Part shown: piece after piece, positions 1-12,949 of the stretch
Position numbering within the stretch: the first letter of the stretch is position 1
Layout: every line of letters starts with the position of its first letter
Notes under the pieces: generated by a model
What the model was told of the DNA's origin: nothing
Seen by the model: only the letters and a program-made list of their open reading frames with translations
Databases searched by the model: none
Position numbers and translations under genes: made by a program
Source of the DNA: Eledone cirrhosa
Taxonomy: Eukaryota
DNA: 64,000 nt
Reading direction: 5' to 3'
Assembly: GCA_964016885.1 (NCBI GenBank)
Contig: OZ024756.1
Span: 28,768,001 to 28,832,000, forward strand

Positions 1-123
1 TGCTTTTGTCCACATGAACTCCATAGGTAGTAATGTGATCACACGAGACACAACATTGATGCCACACATAGCAGGACTTCCATCTTTGGTTGCCATGCTG
101 TTCACGCCTTATTGTGAACTGAG
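1..123 (+). CDS. TDRD9: TDRD9/spindle-E RNA helicase, internal exon (cut at window edge)
   Basis: Frame from nt 2 gives AFVHMNSIGSNVITRDTTLMPHIAGLPSLVAMLFTPYCEL+AG|gtgag, resembling the TDRD9 C-terminal motif RETSLMPHIPGLPALLSMLFAPVIELR (recalled). Phase-2 donor joins the next exon. Confidence 0.85.
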
Positions 124-201
124 GTGAGAGGTCTTCGCTTTCTATTTTCACTTTCATTTTGGTTTTATTCTATTTATGTGTGTGTGTGTGCATATGTACG
201 T

Positions 202-578
202 ATCATCATTTTACGTCCGCTTTTCCCTGCTTGCAAGGGTGGGACGGGAACTGATTCTGGCTTGATTTCTACAGCTGGATGCCCTTCCTAACACCAACCT
301 CATTTACAGTGAGTGCTGGGTGCTTTTTTTCCGTGGCACCTCCACGACCACTTTGCAGTGAGTGCTGGGTGCTTTTTTTGCCGTGGCACCTCCACGACCA
401 CTTTACAGTGGAATGATATGGACCCCAGTCCCTATCATCTCATTTCTACAGCTGAGTAAACTGGAGCAATGTGAAATAAAGTGTCTTGCTCAAGGAAACA
501 ACACAACACCCGATCTGAGAATTGAACTCACAACCTTTTGATTGCAAGGCCAATGCTCTAACCACTAAGCCATGTGCC
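202..578 (-). mobile_element. tRNA-head SINE with CORE-like middle and RTE-type tail (relatives at 705-1020+, 2450-2980+, 9660-10185-, 12665-12880-, 20263-20455+, 28230-28432-, 30220-30420+, 47415-47545-, 48403-48670-, 58330-58597-)
   Basis: A-box TGGCTTAGTGG, B-box-like GAGTTCAATTC, CORE-like ccttgagcaagacacttt, and a tail ending ggacgtaaaa(tga)n. Confidence 0.75.
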
Positions 579-1448
579 TATATATATATATATATATATA
601 TTTGAAAGAGTCGGGGCCCGACAGCTGAGCTCTTGCCGTTTTGACAGCTAGTTCCACACTCAGCTACCGAGTACTCTGTTGACTAGTCTAATATTGATTT
701 AATCGTGCAAAGTGGTCGTGGAGGTGCCACGGCAAAAAAGCACCCAGCCCACACTGTAAAGTGGACGTGTAGGCGCCATGGAAAAAAGCACCCAGCACTC
801 ACTGTAAAGTGGACGTGTAGGCGCCATGGAAAAAAGCACCCAGCACTCACTGTAAATGAGGTTGGTGTTAGGAAGGGCATCCAGCTGTAGAAATCAAGTC
901 AGAATCAGTTCCCGTATGAGCAAGGCATGGTCAGCCAATGGGCTACTACCCACAACAGGACAACCCGTCTAACCCATGCTAGCGTGGAATAACGGACGTA
1001 AAACGGTGATGATGATGATGATATATATGAGAGAGAGAGAGACTAGACAATTGATCCAATTTTGAAGCTGTTCCCTACAACAGTTAAATACTGGAAGAAT
1101 ATTCTATGGTTTTTTAATATTTTTAACATAATTATTTACATAATTTTTTTTAAAACATAAATTTTTATATATATTTTTTATACATAAATTTTATACATAG
1201 TTTTTATACATAATTTTTTAGACAGATTTTTATATTTTTTTTTTGTACATAAACTTTATATATAGGTTTTTATAGTTCTTTATACATAAATTGCATATAG
1301 AATCTTTTGTACATAATTCTTATGCATAAATTTTATACTTAGTTTTTTATATATAATTTTTAAAAATCTTATTTTTACTTTTATTTCATTGATTTTGTGT
1401 GTGTTTCCTTCTGTAAAATTACCCTAACTTTGACCATTACCATTATAG

Positions 1449-1587
1449 GACCGATAAAAATATGACTTATTACACAGGCGCCATTTGTGGTTTGGGCTTC
1501 GATAATGAAACTGGAGCATCTATCTACCCAGAACATGACATGGAGATTGAGTTTGATTCTAAAATTGATCTTGATGATATATTTAAG
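1449..1587 (+). CDS. TDRD9: TDRD9/spindle-E exon
   Basis: ttatag|G + TDKNMTYYTGAICGLGFDNETGASIYPEHDMEIEFDSKIDLDDIFK|gtatat. Matches the recalled YTGxLCGLGW...PEHDME motif and the phases are compatible. Confidence 0.88.
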
Positions 1588-2223
1588 GTATATACATATA
1601 GACATTGATCTATCACATATTTATATAGTGTTGGTGATCTATATGATTAATGACCACCCAGAACACTCTGTAAAATAGTTAGTGATAGGAAGGGTATCCA
1701 GCTGTAAAAAAACTTGTCATACAAAGTGCTGTGAGGATTCTTCAGTTGTGCCATAGAGACAATCTCCCTAAGTTTGGTGAATTAGAAAATAAACACACCC
1801 AGTACACTCTGTTAAATGGTTAGTCATGGGAAGGGCATCCAGCCATAGAAAACCTGTCATACAAAATGCCAGTAGGACTCTTCAGTTGTGCCATAGACAA
1901 GATAACCTCCTCAGTGCTGATGATTTCAGCAATAAATGCACCCAGTACACTCTGTAAAGTGGTTGGTGATAGGAATGGTATCTAACCATAGAAAACTTGC
2001 CAAACAAGGAGTCAGGAGGACTCTTTGGCTATCACTCCAGCTAGTCTCGCTTGGGTATCCAGCTGGAACATTTGGCAAGAGTTACTTCCAATAGGACTTA
2101 CTGGAAGATGTGTCTGAGGACTCTGGACCCAATGGCACTCTCAGAAATAAATGGGGGAAGAAGAAGCGAAGTGTTTTGTATTTAGACATTTAGATAAATT
2201 CTATTTTGTTATGATTTCCACAG

Positions 2224-2339
2224 ATTAATGGAATCCGCCTTGCAATAAACATTATTATTGGTAATCAACAAACAGCTAGTACTTGGGGCCCTGAGTCTGT
2301 TGTGAAACTGCAGGAATCTGCTCGCAAGAAACTTCTAGA
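2224..2339 (+). CDS. TDRD9: TDRD9/spindle-E exon
   Basis: ttccacag|INGIRLAINIIIGNQQTASTWGPESVVKLQESARKKLL+GA|gtgagt. Resembles TDRD9 NILRAAIN...GPERVAQLQDIARQKLL. Confidence 0.85.
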
Positions 2340-3043
2340 GTGAGTATATACGTCATAATCTTCACTTCAAATCCTATTTTTTTGACAGTTTTTCTTTCAT
2401 ATCTACCCACCACCACTTTTTTAGCAGTTTTTTCCACCATTCTCTTATGAAGGCATGTGGCTTAGTGGTTAAAGTGTTCAACTCATGATCATATGGTTAT
2501 AAGTTCGATTTCCTAGTCGATAAATACACCCAGTCCATTTTGTAAAGTAGTTATGCTGGTAGCACAATAAAATGTACCTGGTCCATTGTATAAAGTTGTG
2601 CTGGTACCATAATAAAATACACCCAATACACTTTATAATGTATTATAGTAGTGTTGATGCCATAATAAAATACACTCAATATACTCTGTAAAGTGGTCAT
2701 GTTGGTGTCACAATAAAATGCACCCAGTTCACCCTGTAAAGTGGTCGTACTGGTGCTACAATAACATGCACTCAGTATACTCTGTAACGTACTGATGCTG
2801 GTGCTATGATAAAATGCACCCAGTACACTCTGTAAAGTGGTTGGCATTAAGAAGGGCATTGTCAAAATAAGGGATGTATGAGCAAGATGATGTCTCTCTG
2901 ACCTGTCTAGTTGCAGACCATGATGACTCATCCAACCCATGCCAGCATGGAAAACAAGATGTATGATGTTGATGATGATGATGTCCCAAGGAATAATACA
3001 TTCACCTTTTTAACTGCCTTTTTTTTTCAAAATCTATTTCCAG

Positions 3044-3110
3044 TCTGATGAAGAAACGAAGAGAACCAATAGATCCTGTGGCAGCTTGGTGCCCTTACGA
3101 ATGGAATTTG
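3044..3110 (+). CDS. TDRD9: TDRD9/spindle-E exon
   Basis: tttccag|T + LMKKRREPIDPVAAWCPYEWNL|gtgagg. Contains the conserved PYEWN motif; phase 2 in, phase 0 out. Confidence 0.85.
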
Positions 3111-3194
3111 GTGAGGACACTTCGTATAATTCTCACAAGTTGGTATTTATCCTGGTTCTCTGTTCTCTCTGAGGCCAAATCCCACCAGTTTCAA

Positions 3195-3617
3195 ATTTCC
3201 AATAAGCATTTACTGAGGTCAAATTACTCTGACCTTTCTAATAAGTATTTACTGAGGTCAAATTACTCTGACCTTTCTAATAAGTATTTACTGAGGTCAA
3301 ATTTCTCTCTGACCTTTCCAATAAGTATTTACTGAGGTCAAATTACTCTGACCTTTCTAATAAGTATTTACTGAGATCAAATTTCTCTCTGACCTTTCCA
3401 ATAAGTATTTACTGAGGTCAAATTACTCTGATCTTTCTAATAAGTATTTACTGAGGTCAAATTTGTCTCTGACCTTTCCAATAAGTATTTACTGAAGTCA
3501 AATTTCTCTGACCTTTCCAATAAGTATTTACTGAGGTCAAATTTGTCTCTCACCTTTCCAGTAAATATTTACTAAGGTCAAATCCCACCAGTTATCAATT
3601 TGTTTTTGACCTTTCCA
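3195..3617. repeat. 39-bp minisatellite, ~10 copies
   Basis: Unit aggtcaaattactctgacctttctaataagtatttactg. Confidence 0.9.
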
Positions 3618-4049
3618 TGAGTGTGGGCAGGGATGGTGTCAATAAAATACAGTACTTTGCCTTCTGAGTTCAAATTCCACTTCAAACTCCTTCGGTGATT
3701 ATCATAACCTGTCACCCAGTTTAACACCACACCCTGGCCCCTGGGTGGTAGTAATAACCTAGTTTAACACCACACCTCTTTAGTGTGGACTGGATGTTCT
3801 GTGGTACCAACATAACTTTACAGAGAAAGGGTGGTGTTGGTGGGAGTGGGGGGATGGGGTAGGAGTAGTGGGTTGTGGTGTATATTTGGTTAAGAGATAC
3901 AATGTGGTACAAAGGATAAAGGATGAATAAATAAAAGAAAAAACAAAGTAATGTTTTACCCAGTATAATCCAACATAATATTTCAGGGTTATTACCCTCT
4001 TATCAACTGTGAAACAAATAGTTTAAAACAAAAATGCTTTCTTGCCTAG

Positions 4050-4249
4050 ATTTCACCGTCGGACTACTTAAAACCAGACTGCTCGGACAACAACTGGGAA
4101 CTTTTGTTTAAACTCCACAAGGGAGTCGCCCTGACATCAGAAAGTTCCATCAGTTTGAATGGTGATGAAGAGGAGAATTCCTTTGCTAATGAACGAGACA
4201 TTAATGAACTAGAGAATCATATTCAAGAGTTGAAAGTAATATCACGCAT
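4050..4249 (+). CDS. TDRD9: TDRD9/spindle-E exon
   Basis: ttgcctag|ISPSDYLKPDCSDNNWELLFKLHKGVALTSESSISLNGDEEENSFANERDINELENHIQELKVISR+AT|gtaaga. LFKLHK resembles vertebrate LYQLHK; the 200-nt exon is open. Confidence 0.8.
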
Positions 4250-4279
4250 GTAAGATAAGACTTAAGTATTTTTAATGAT

Positions 4280-4695
4280 CTCCCTCCTCCTCTCTCTCTC
4301 CTCCTCTTCCTCTCCCTCATCTTCTTACTCCTCTTCTTCCCCCTCTCTCTCCTCTCCTCTTTGTCACTCTGTCTCTCCTCGCCTCTTTGTCACTCTCTCT
4401 CACTCTTCTCTTTGTCACTCTTCTCTTTGTTACTCCCCCTCTCTCTCTTCTCTCCTCTCTTCGTCTTCCCCTCTCTCATCTCACCTCTTCCCCCCTCTCT
4501 CTCATCTCTTCCCCCCTCTCTCTCCTCTCCTCTATTTCTCTGTTTTGTTTAGTCTTCATCTATTTCCCTGTCTCTCTTTCTCACTCTCTATCTCTTCCCT
4601 CTTTCTCACCCTCTCTATTTACCTCTCTCCTCTCATCTCTTTTTGTCTCTCTCCCTCCCCCTGTCTGTCTTCTCTCTTTCTCTTTCTCTCTCTGA
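4280..4695. repeat. Pyrimidine-rich (CT) low-complexity tract
   Basis: Base composition. Confidence 0.9.
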
Positions 4696-5050
4696 CCTGA
4701 TGTCGTAGTTGTTGTAGTAGTTCCACTCATATACAGTACCTGGTAACGTTATATTATTGCTGCTGTTGCTGCTGTTGCTGTATCACCCTAGTAACCCCCC
4801 CACCACCACCACAATCACCTACTGCTGTTGTTTTTGAAAGGGTAAAGGTTAAAGACGCCCTTTGGTCACAAATGACCATGGCATTTGTACCTAGAAAGTT
4901 CTCCTCCGAGGCACAAGTCTGGGCAAGGTTGTTAGTGGAAGACCCAACAGTTGCTCATGCATACCAGTCTCCCCCTCTCCACACCACTAATGTGTGTCCA
5001 AGGGAAAGACAATGGCCGATACAGCTTGGCATCAGTAACGTCGCAACTCA

Positions 5051-6064
5051 CATATACATTATATACACACTACTGCAGTATATATACACTATATATACAT
5101 TATATACACACTACTGCAGTATATATACACTATATATACATTATATGCACACTACTGCAGTATATATACACTATATGTACATTATATACACACTACCGCA
5201 GTATATATACACTATATATACATTATATACACACTACTGCAGTATATATACACTATATATACATTATATACACACTACTGCAGTATATATACACTATATA
5301 TACATTATATACACACTATGTACAGTATATATACACTATATATACATTATATGCACACTACTGCAGTATATATACACTATATGTACATTATATACACACT
5401 ACCGCAGTATATATACACTATATATACATTATATACACACTACTGCAGTATATATACACTATATATACATTATATACACACTACTGCAGTATATATACAC
5501 TATATATACATTATATACACACTATGTACAGTATATATACACTATATATACATTATATACACACTACTGCAGTATATATACACACTACTGCAGTATATAT
5601 ACACTATATATACATTATATACACACTACTGCAGTATATATACACTACATATACATTATATACACACTATGTACAGTATATATACACTATATATACATTA
5701 TATACACACTACTGCAGTATATATACACACTACTGCAGTATATATACACTATATATACATTATATACACACTACTGCAGTATATATACACTATATATACA
5801 TTATATACACACTATGTACAGTATATATACACTATATATACATTATATACACACTACTGCAGTATATATACATTATATACACACTACTGCAGTATATATA
5901 CACTATATATACATTATATACACACTATGTACAGTATATATACACTATATATACATTATATACACACTACTGCAGTATATATACACTATATACACACTAC
6001 TGCAGTATATATACACTATATATACATTATATACACACTATGTACAGTATATATACACTACATA
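5051..6064. repeat. ~41-bp TA-rich minisatellite
   Basis: Unit atatatacactatatatacattatatacacactactgcagt with variants. Confidence 0.95.
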
Positions 6065-7032
6065 TGATGTGTGTCCAAGGGAAAGACAATGGCCGATACA
6101 GCTTGGCATCAGTGACGCTGCAACTCATTTCCAAAGCTGAGTGAACTGGAGCAACGAGAAATAAAGTGTCTTGCTCAAGAACACAATGCCTTACCCTGTC
6201 CGTCTAACCCATGCTAGCGTGGAAGATGGACGTTAAACGAAGATGTTGATGATGATGATGTCTGAGAATCAAACTCACAACCTCGGGATTGAAAGCCCGA
6301 CGCTCTAACCACTGTAATTCTCCCCCCCCCCCCCCACCACAACAACAACAACAACAACCACCACATGCTGTTGTTGTTGTATTCCATCTGTGATTCTTCC
6401 ACAGCCCCTCCTACCTGCTGCTGTCCTGTCTGTAAATGAAATCTAAAGTGGTCATTATATTCAAATGAGTTCAATAATAATATAGTGTTTGGAGGAATGG
6501 GGAGTGGCAGGGTAACTGTATGTTAGTGTAATCATCATCATCATCATCATCATCATGATTGTTGTCATCATCATCGTCATCACCACCTCCACCACCACCA
6601 CCACCACCACCATCATTGTAACCATCATCATAACCATCACCACCATCATCATCATTATGATTGTTGTCATCATCATCCCGTCTAAACCCATGTTAGCGTG
6701 GAAGATAGACGTTAAACGATGATGATGATGATGATGATGATGATCGTAACATCATCATAACCATCATAATCATCATCATAATCATCGTCATCATCATCAT
6801 CATCATCACCATCATAGTTGCAACACTGTAAGACCCTATATTTACCTGTTATATTTATATGACAGGTGTAGTAGCTATTATCTTGTCCTACGTCCCACAT
6901 TATCGGTTCATACACTGCAAGCTGTGATATACAATACAGAATATTTATGTGTTTTTACATATTTGACAGCTCCAGCTTACATAGGACCATAGCTGGGAGT
7001 CTAACACCCTGACTACATGATTGCATATGATA

Positions 7033-8308
7033 TGGTTAAGGTAGTCTGGTGGTTAGTGGGGTCTGGTGGTTAGGGTGGTCTGGTGGTTAGTGGGGTCTGG
7101 TGGTTAAGGTGGTCTGGTGGTTAGTGGGGTCTGGTGGTTAGTGTGGTCTGGTGGTTAGGGTGGTCTGGTGGTTAGGGTGGTCTGGTGGTTAAGGTGGTCT
7201 GGTGGTTAGTGTGGTCTGGTGGTTAGTGGGGTCTGGTGGTTAAGGTGGTCTGGTGGTTAGTGGGGTCTGGTGGTTAAGGTGGGTGGGGTCTGGCGGTTAA
7301 GGTGGTCTGGTGGTTAAGGTGGTCTGGTGGTTAGTGGGGTCTGGTGGTTAAGGTAGTCTGGTGGTTAGTGGGGTCTGGTGGTTAAGGTGGTCTGGTGGTT
7401 AGTGGGGTCTGGTGGTTAAGGTAGTCTGGTGGTTAGTGGGGTCTGGTGGTTAAGGTGGTCTGGTGGTTAGTGGGGTTCTGGTGGTTAAGGTAGTCTGGTG
7501 GTTAGTGGGGTCTGGTGGTTAGTGGGGTCTGGTGGTTAGTGGGGTCTGGTGGTTAAGGTAGTCTGGTGGTTAGTGGGGTCTGGTGGTTAAGGTAGTCTGG
7601 TGGTTAGTGGGGTCTGGTGGTTAAGGTAGTCTGGTGGTTAGTGGGGTCTGGTGGTTAAGGTGGTCTGGTGGTTAAGGTGGTCTGGTGGTTAGTGGGGTTC
7701 TGGTGGTTAGTGGCGTCTAGTGGTTAGGGTGGTCTGGTGGTTAGTGAGGTCTGGTGGTTAAGGTGGTCTGGTGGTTAGTGGGGTCTGGTGGTTAAGGTGG
7801 TCTGGTGGTTAGTGGGGTCTGGTGGTTAAGGTGGTCTGGTGGTTCTGGTGGTTAGTGTGGTCTGGTGGTCTGGTGGTTAGTGGTGTTCTGGTGGTTAAGG
7901 TGTTCTGGTGGTTAGTGTGGTCTGGTGGTTAGTGGGGTTCTGGTGGTTAGTGGGGTCTGGTGGTTAGTGGGGTCTGGTGGTTAGTGGGGTTCTGGTGGTT
8001 AGTGGGGTCTGGTGGTTAGTGGGGTCTGGTGGTTAGTGTGGTCTGGTGGTTAGTGGGGTTCTGGTGGTTAGTGGGTTCTGGTGGTTAGTGGGGTCTGGTG
8101 GTTAGTGTGGTCTGGTGGTTAGTGTGGTCTGGTGGTTAGTGGGGTTCTGGTGGTTAGTGGGGTCTGGTGGTTAAGGTGGTGTGGTGGTTAGTGGGGTGTG
8201 GTGGTTAGTGGGGTGTGGTGGTTGGGGGAGGGAGGGTCTGGTGAGTCTAGTGGTTAGAGTGGTGTGGTAGTTACAGTGGTGTTGTGGTTTGGTTGATCTG
8301 GTGGTTAG
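7033..8308. repeat. 17-18-bp G-rich minisatellite
   Basis: Units ggtctggtggttagtgg and ggtctggtggttaaggt. Confidence 0.95.
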
Positions 8309-8448
8309 ATATCTCCTGTGAGATGCAACCTTGTAGGGAGGCCAGCTAAACCTGGATTGGTTGGAACTGTAAATTTCATTTCATTTCATTTCATTTCATT
8401 TCATTTCATTTCATTTCATTCTCTCTTCTTTTTTTCTTCTCTTTTTAG

Positions 8449-8581
8449 GTCCAGTTATTCATCCGTCATACGTTGCAAGCTCTGCAAAGAGACGTTCTCA
8501 TCTCCAAAGATACTCAGCATGCATATCTCAACACAGAGCCACTTAAGGAAAGAAGCAAGCATCTTGGGTGGTGGTATATGA
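8449..8581 (+). CDS. TDRD9: TDRD9/spindle-E terminal exon with C2H2/matrin-like zinc finger
   Basis: Strong polypyrimidine tract then tttttag|G, completing ATG; continues SSYSSVIRCKLCKETFSSPKILSMHISTQSHLRKEASILGGGI-stop with C-x2-C-x12-H-x5-H. Phase matches the previous exon. Confidence 0.8.
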
Positions 8582-9299
8582 AAATACCAGTGGCTAGAGT
8601 GGTATGTTTAAGGGCAGACTGGATGGTGGCAGGGTGAGGATTTTATTGTAGCTACTGCCCCCAAGCTAGATCAAATACAATTTATTCATCATATTGTGTG
8701 TGTAGGGGTGTGTGTGTGTAGGGTTGCTGTATGTGTGTGTGTATGTATGTGTGTGTATGTGTGTATGTGTGTGTGTATTTACCAGTCGCTGCAATTGTCA
8801 TATTGATGCTGCTAGTCATATGGTCTCCTCACTGTCATATGCGGTGACTGTTGTTTATGTCCCCTAACCAGGATGTCCTACAGCACAGTTGTTCAACTAA
8901 TGTCAACGGTGTATGTCATACTTAAGAAAGAATAAGGTATGGGTTGGTGTCAGGAATGACATCCAGCTGGAGAGAACCTTGCTAGAAAAAGAATTTATCC
9001 AACACAAACATGAAAAACATATGCAAAAATGATGAAATATATATATGTAAATATATATATGTAAATATATATATGTAAATATATATATGTAAATATATAT
9101 ATGTAAATATATATATGTAAATATATATATATGTAAATATATATATGTAAATATATATGAGGTATTGCCTTTTCAACAACTAGTTCCAGACTGATTTAAA
9201 TATATATATATGTGTATATATATATATATATATATACTATCCTGTCTAATCCATGCTAGCGTGGAAAATGGACGTTAAACGAAGATGATGATGATGATG

Positions 9300-9340
<41 letters not shown>

Positions 9341-9384
9341 GTGTGGTGTGTGTAATTATATATATATGTATCTATATATAATAT

Positions 9385-9445
<61 letters not shown>

Positions 9446-10745
9446 GTATATATATATATATGTGTATATATATATGTGTGTATATAAATATGCGTATATG
9501 TATATATATATGATGATGATATATGTGTGTGTGTGTCTGTATGTATGTATGTATGTATATATATATGTGTATATATGTGTATATATATATATACAAATAA
9601 AAGGGAGAGTTAACCCTTGTAATTTTTAAACACTCAATTTACTGTGTTTATTTCTACATATCATCATCACCGTTTTACGTCCGTTCTTCCACGCTAGCAT
9701 GGGTTAGACGGGTTGTCCTGTTGTGGGCAGTGACCGGTCGGCTGACCATGTCTTGCTCATACGGGAACTGATTCTGGCTTGATTTCTACAGCTGGATGCC
9801 CTTCCTAACACCAACCTCATTTACAGTGAGTGCTGGGTGCTGTTTTTTCCGTGGCACCTCCACGTCCACTTTGCAGTGGGAGGGTGTGAGGACATATTGT
9901 CTGGTGATGGTGATGATGATGGTGGTGATGAGGATGATGACAATGAGGATGAGGATGTGTATATATCATCATTTCATTTTACGTCCACTTTTCCCTGCTT
10001 GCAAGAGTGGGACGGGAACTGATTCTGGCTTGATTTCTACAGCTGGATGCCCTTCCTAACACCAATCTCATTTACAGTGAGTGCTGGGTGCTTTTTTTGC
10101 CGTGGCACCTCCACGACCACTTTGCAGTGGAATGATAGGGACCCCAGTCCCTATCATCTCATTTCTACAGCTGAGTAAACTGGATATATATATATATATA
10201 TATATATAAGAATATGAAGAGCATCCAGCCATAGAAAGCTTGTCAAAGAAAAGGATATATAAATATGAAGAGCATCCAGCCATAGAAAGCTTGTCAAAGA
10301 AAGGGTTGGAAGAACCCTTCAGTTTGTGTGAAAAGATATGACGATTTCTCCTGTGCACTTAATACAAGGTGACTGTACGAAAGCGAGATGTTGGCCCTCT
10401 CTCTTCCCCAGCCTGTCTGCTAGGTCAGTAGCCTTGCTTCAGTACTGATTTGGCCTTTCTTCATAGATCAGTCTAGCCCTTCCTACCAGGGAAAGTGGAT
10501 GTTAAATGATGATAAATTTGATGTCATTATATATATATATATATATATATAAGGTTAACTTTGCCTTTCATCCTTACGGGGTCGATAAAATAAAGTACCA
10601 GTAATGTACTGGGTAATTGCTGGCCTTGTGCCTAAAGTAGAAACAATTATTATTATTATATATATATATATATATAAAGTATATATATATATATATATAT
10701 AAAGTATATAATATATACATATATAGACATCATATATATATAAAG

Positions 10746-10786
<41 letters not shown>

Positions 10787-11087
10787 TGTATTGAGTTACA
10801 TGTTACCAGTAGCACTGGAGAGAATGACCTGACAATAAAAAAAAAATATATATATATATATAATTACCAGGGAAAGTGGATGTTAAATGATGATGAATTT
10901 GATGTCATTATGTATATATATATATATATAAAGTATATAATATATATATATATATATATATATTCATTCATTAGTTAAGCAAAGTAAGACCACAAATTTC
11001 ACAAGGAAGATATTATTAAAAGATTGTCAACATATTCTCTTTAAGATTGGTTACTCTTGAACTATATATATATATATATATATAAAG

Positions 11088-11125
<38 letters not shown>

Positions 11126-11196
11126 TATATATATATATATATAAGGTTGTACTGGGTTACATGTTACCAGTAGCACTAGAGAGAGCGACCTGACAA

Positions 11197-11230
<34 letters not shown>

Positions 11231-11787
11231 TTTTTTAATTTATGGGAAATTCGTATTTTCTGGCATGTTTACATGCCTAGATATTAAATATGTGTATATA
11301 TTTATAGATGTTGGTGCAGTCTCAGTTACACACTCTGTATTTATACAGATATAACTTTATCATACACTTTGGCTGCTAGCACACTTCTTACTATATAGAT
11401 GACCCTGTGATAAACAGGTGAAACTCTAGAGTAACAAGACTCACTATTTAGCCTTAATAAAATGAATATACATGTATATATACACACATACACACATACT
11501 GATATATGTACATAAACACACACATGCACATATACATATATATATTCTATCATTCCACACATTTTTTTCAAAAATATTCTCTTTTGTTCATGTTTATGAA
11601 ATAAATGTATTATTTTATCTACATCCAGAGTTTTGTCTTTGAATTACACTAAATGATAGTATTGTTATTGTTGTGTAGTCCTCAAACTAACAGACCTACC
11701 ATTAACTCTTAATATCCTGTACCACATGAAACAACATTTGGAAGAGGTTTGTGTAAAGTAAAAAAACAACACTATGACTGCCTCTGC

Positions 11788-12280
11788 TTCTTCTACTCCC
11801 ACTTATTCCTGAGAGGGTCGTGGGGCAGAGTCCTTAAAGGCTCCTTCCAGTGGGTCCTGTCAGAAGCAACCGTCTCCAACTGATTTGGCTGGATCCCTAA
11901 GCGTGACCAGCCAAGCTCATGGATGTTATCTAACCATCTTGCTTGGGGGGGGGGTCTACCTCTGGGTCTCTTGCTGGTTGGTTTTGCCCATAATATATAT
12001 CCAGTAATTCTTTCCTGAGACATTCTAACCATAATATCGGAGCAGTGATCTCTCGATTCAGAGAAGTGGCAGGTCTACCTGGTGTGACTCTCTGAGCTAT
12101 GCACTTTAAGGAGTAATGTTACTTCTAAGACCCGATTTTGGTCGCTTGTATTTGCGATCATATTCTTTCGGTCATTACTCAAGATTCATGATCATAGGTA
12201 AGAAAGAGTTGGCATGAAAACCAAATTGAAGACAGCGAGTTTAGCTGTTACACCTACCTCCCTTCTGATTACTGAATGCT
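11788..12280 (-). mobile_element. RTE (Expander/Rex3-like) LINE 3' fragment
   Basis: Decayed LTYxHE.VMTER motif, then RPRGRP..RWLDNI...DR.HW. Confidence 0.7.
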
Positions 12281-12949
12281 GAATGCATTACATTTAAAAT
12301 AATTTAAGTTTTTACTCAAATACTACAAATTTTCACATCAATCTGTCCACTTGTGAAGATACTATAAACATTTGAATTAACAAACCTGTTTTTTTTAGAT
12401 ATTTTCTGCCAAATCATTACAGACTGTTAAGAGTTAACCATTTCATTACCATATTTTACATAAAAGATATTGATTATGATTTTAGAAGAATTCAATAAAA
12501 TAATAAACTTTATCACTATCAAGCTGGTGTTTGGAAAATAACTTAACAAAGGTTCTTATATAAAATTATTATGGAAGGTGTTTATGATTTGATGTTCAAC
12601 AGCATAAAGGCATGATACATGTTGGGTAAAGGATGTATTTGTTGATATGTATGTATAATAAAGGAACGATCGACTTTCGTCAAATCGGACCGAGGAAACA
12701 ATGTTTCCATTGGTCTTTCCAATTGCTAATACTATCTATCGGTCGCAACTCCAGGTAGAAGGAGCAACGTGAAATAAAGTGTCTTGCTCAAGGACATAAC
12801 GCATTGCCTGGTCTGAGAATCGAACTCACAACCTCACGATTGCGAATCCAATTCTCTAACCACTCAGCCACACGCCTTCATATATGTATGTATATGTGCA
12901 TGAAAGTATGTATGTGTGTGTATGTCTATATGTACGAGACAACAACCAT

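Noticed and set aside
4872-6144. ORFs of 250-420 aa, and the many YI/CV/HT-rich ORFs across the window
   Set aside because: They are translations of mini- and microsatellites, open in several frames at once, with no domain content.
7033-8308. Interstitial telomere
   Set aside because: TTAGGG occurs only sporadically; the period is 17-18 bp, not 6.
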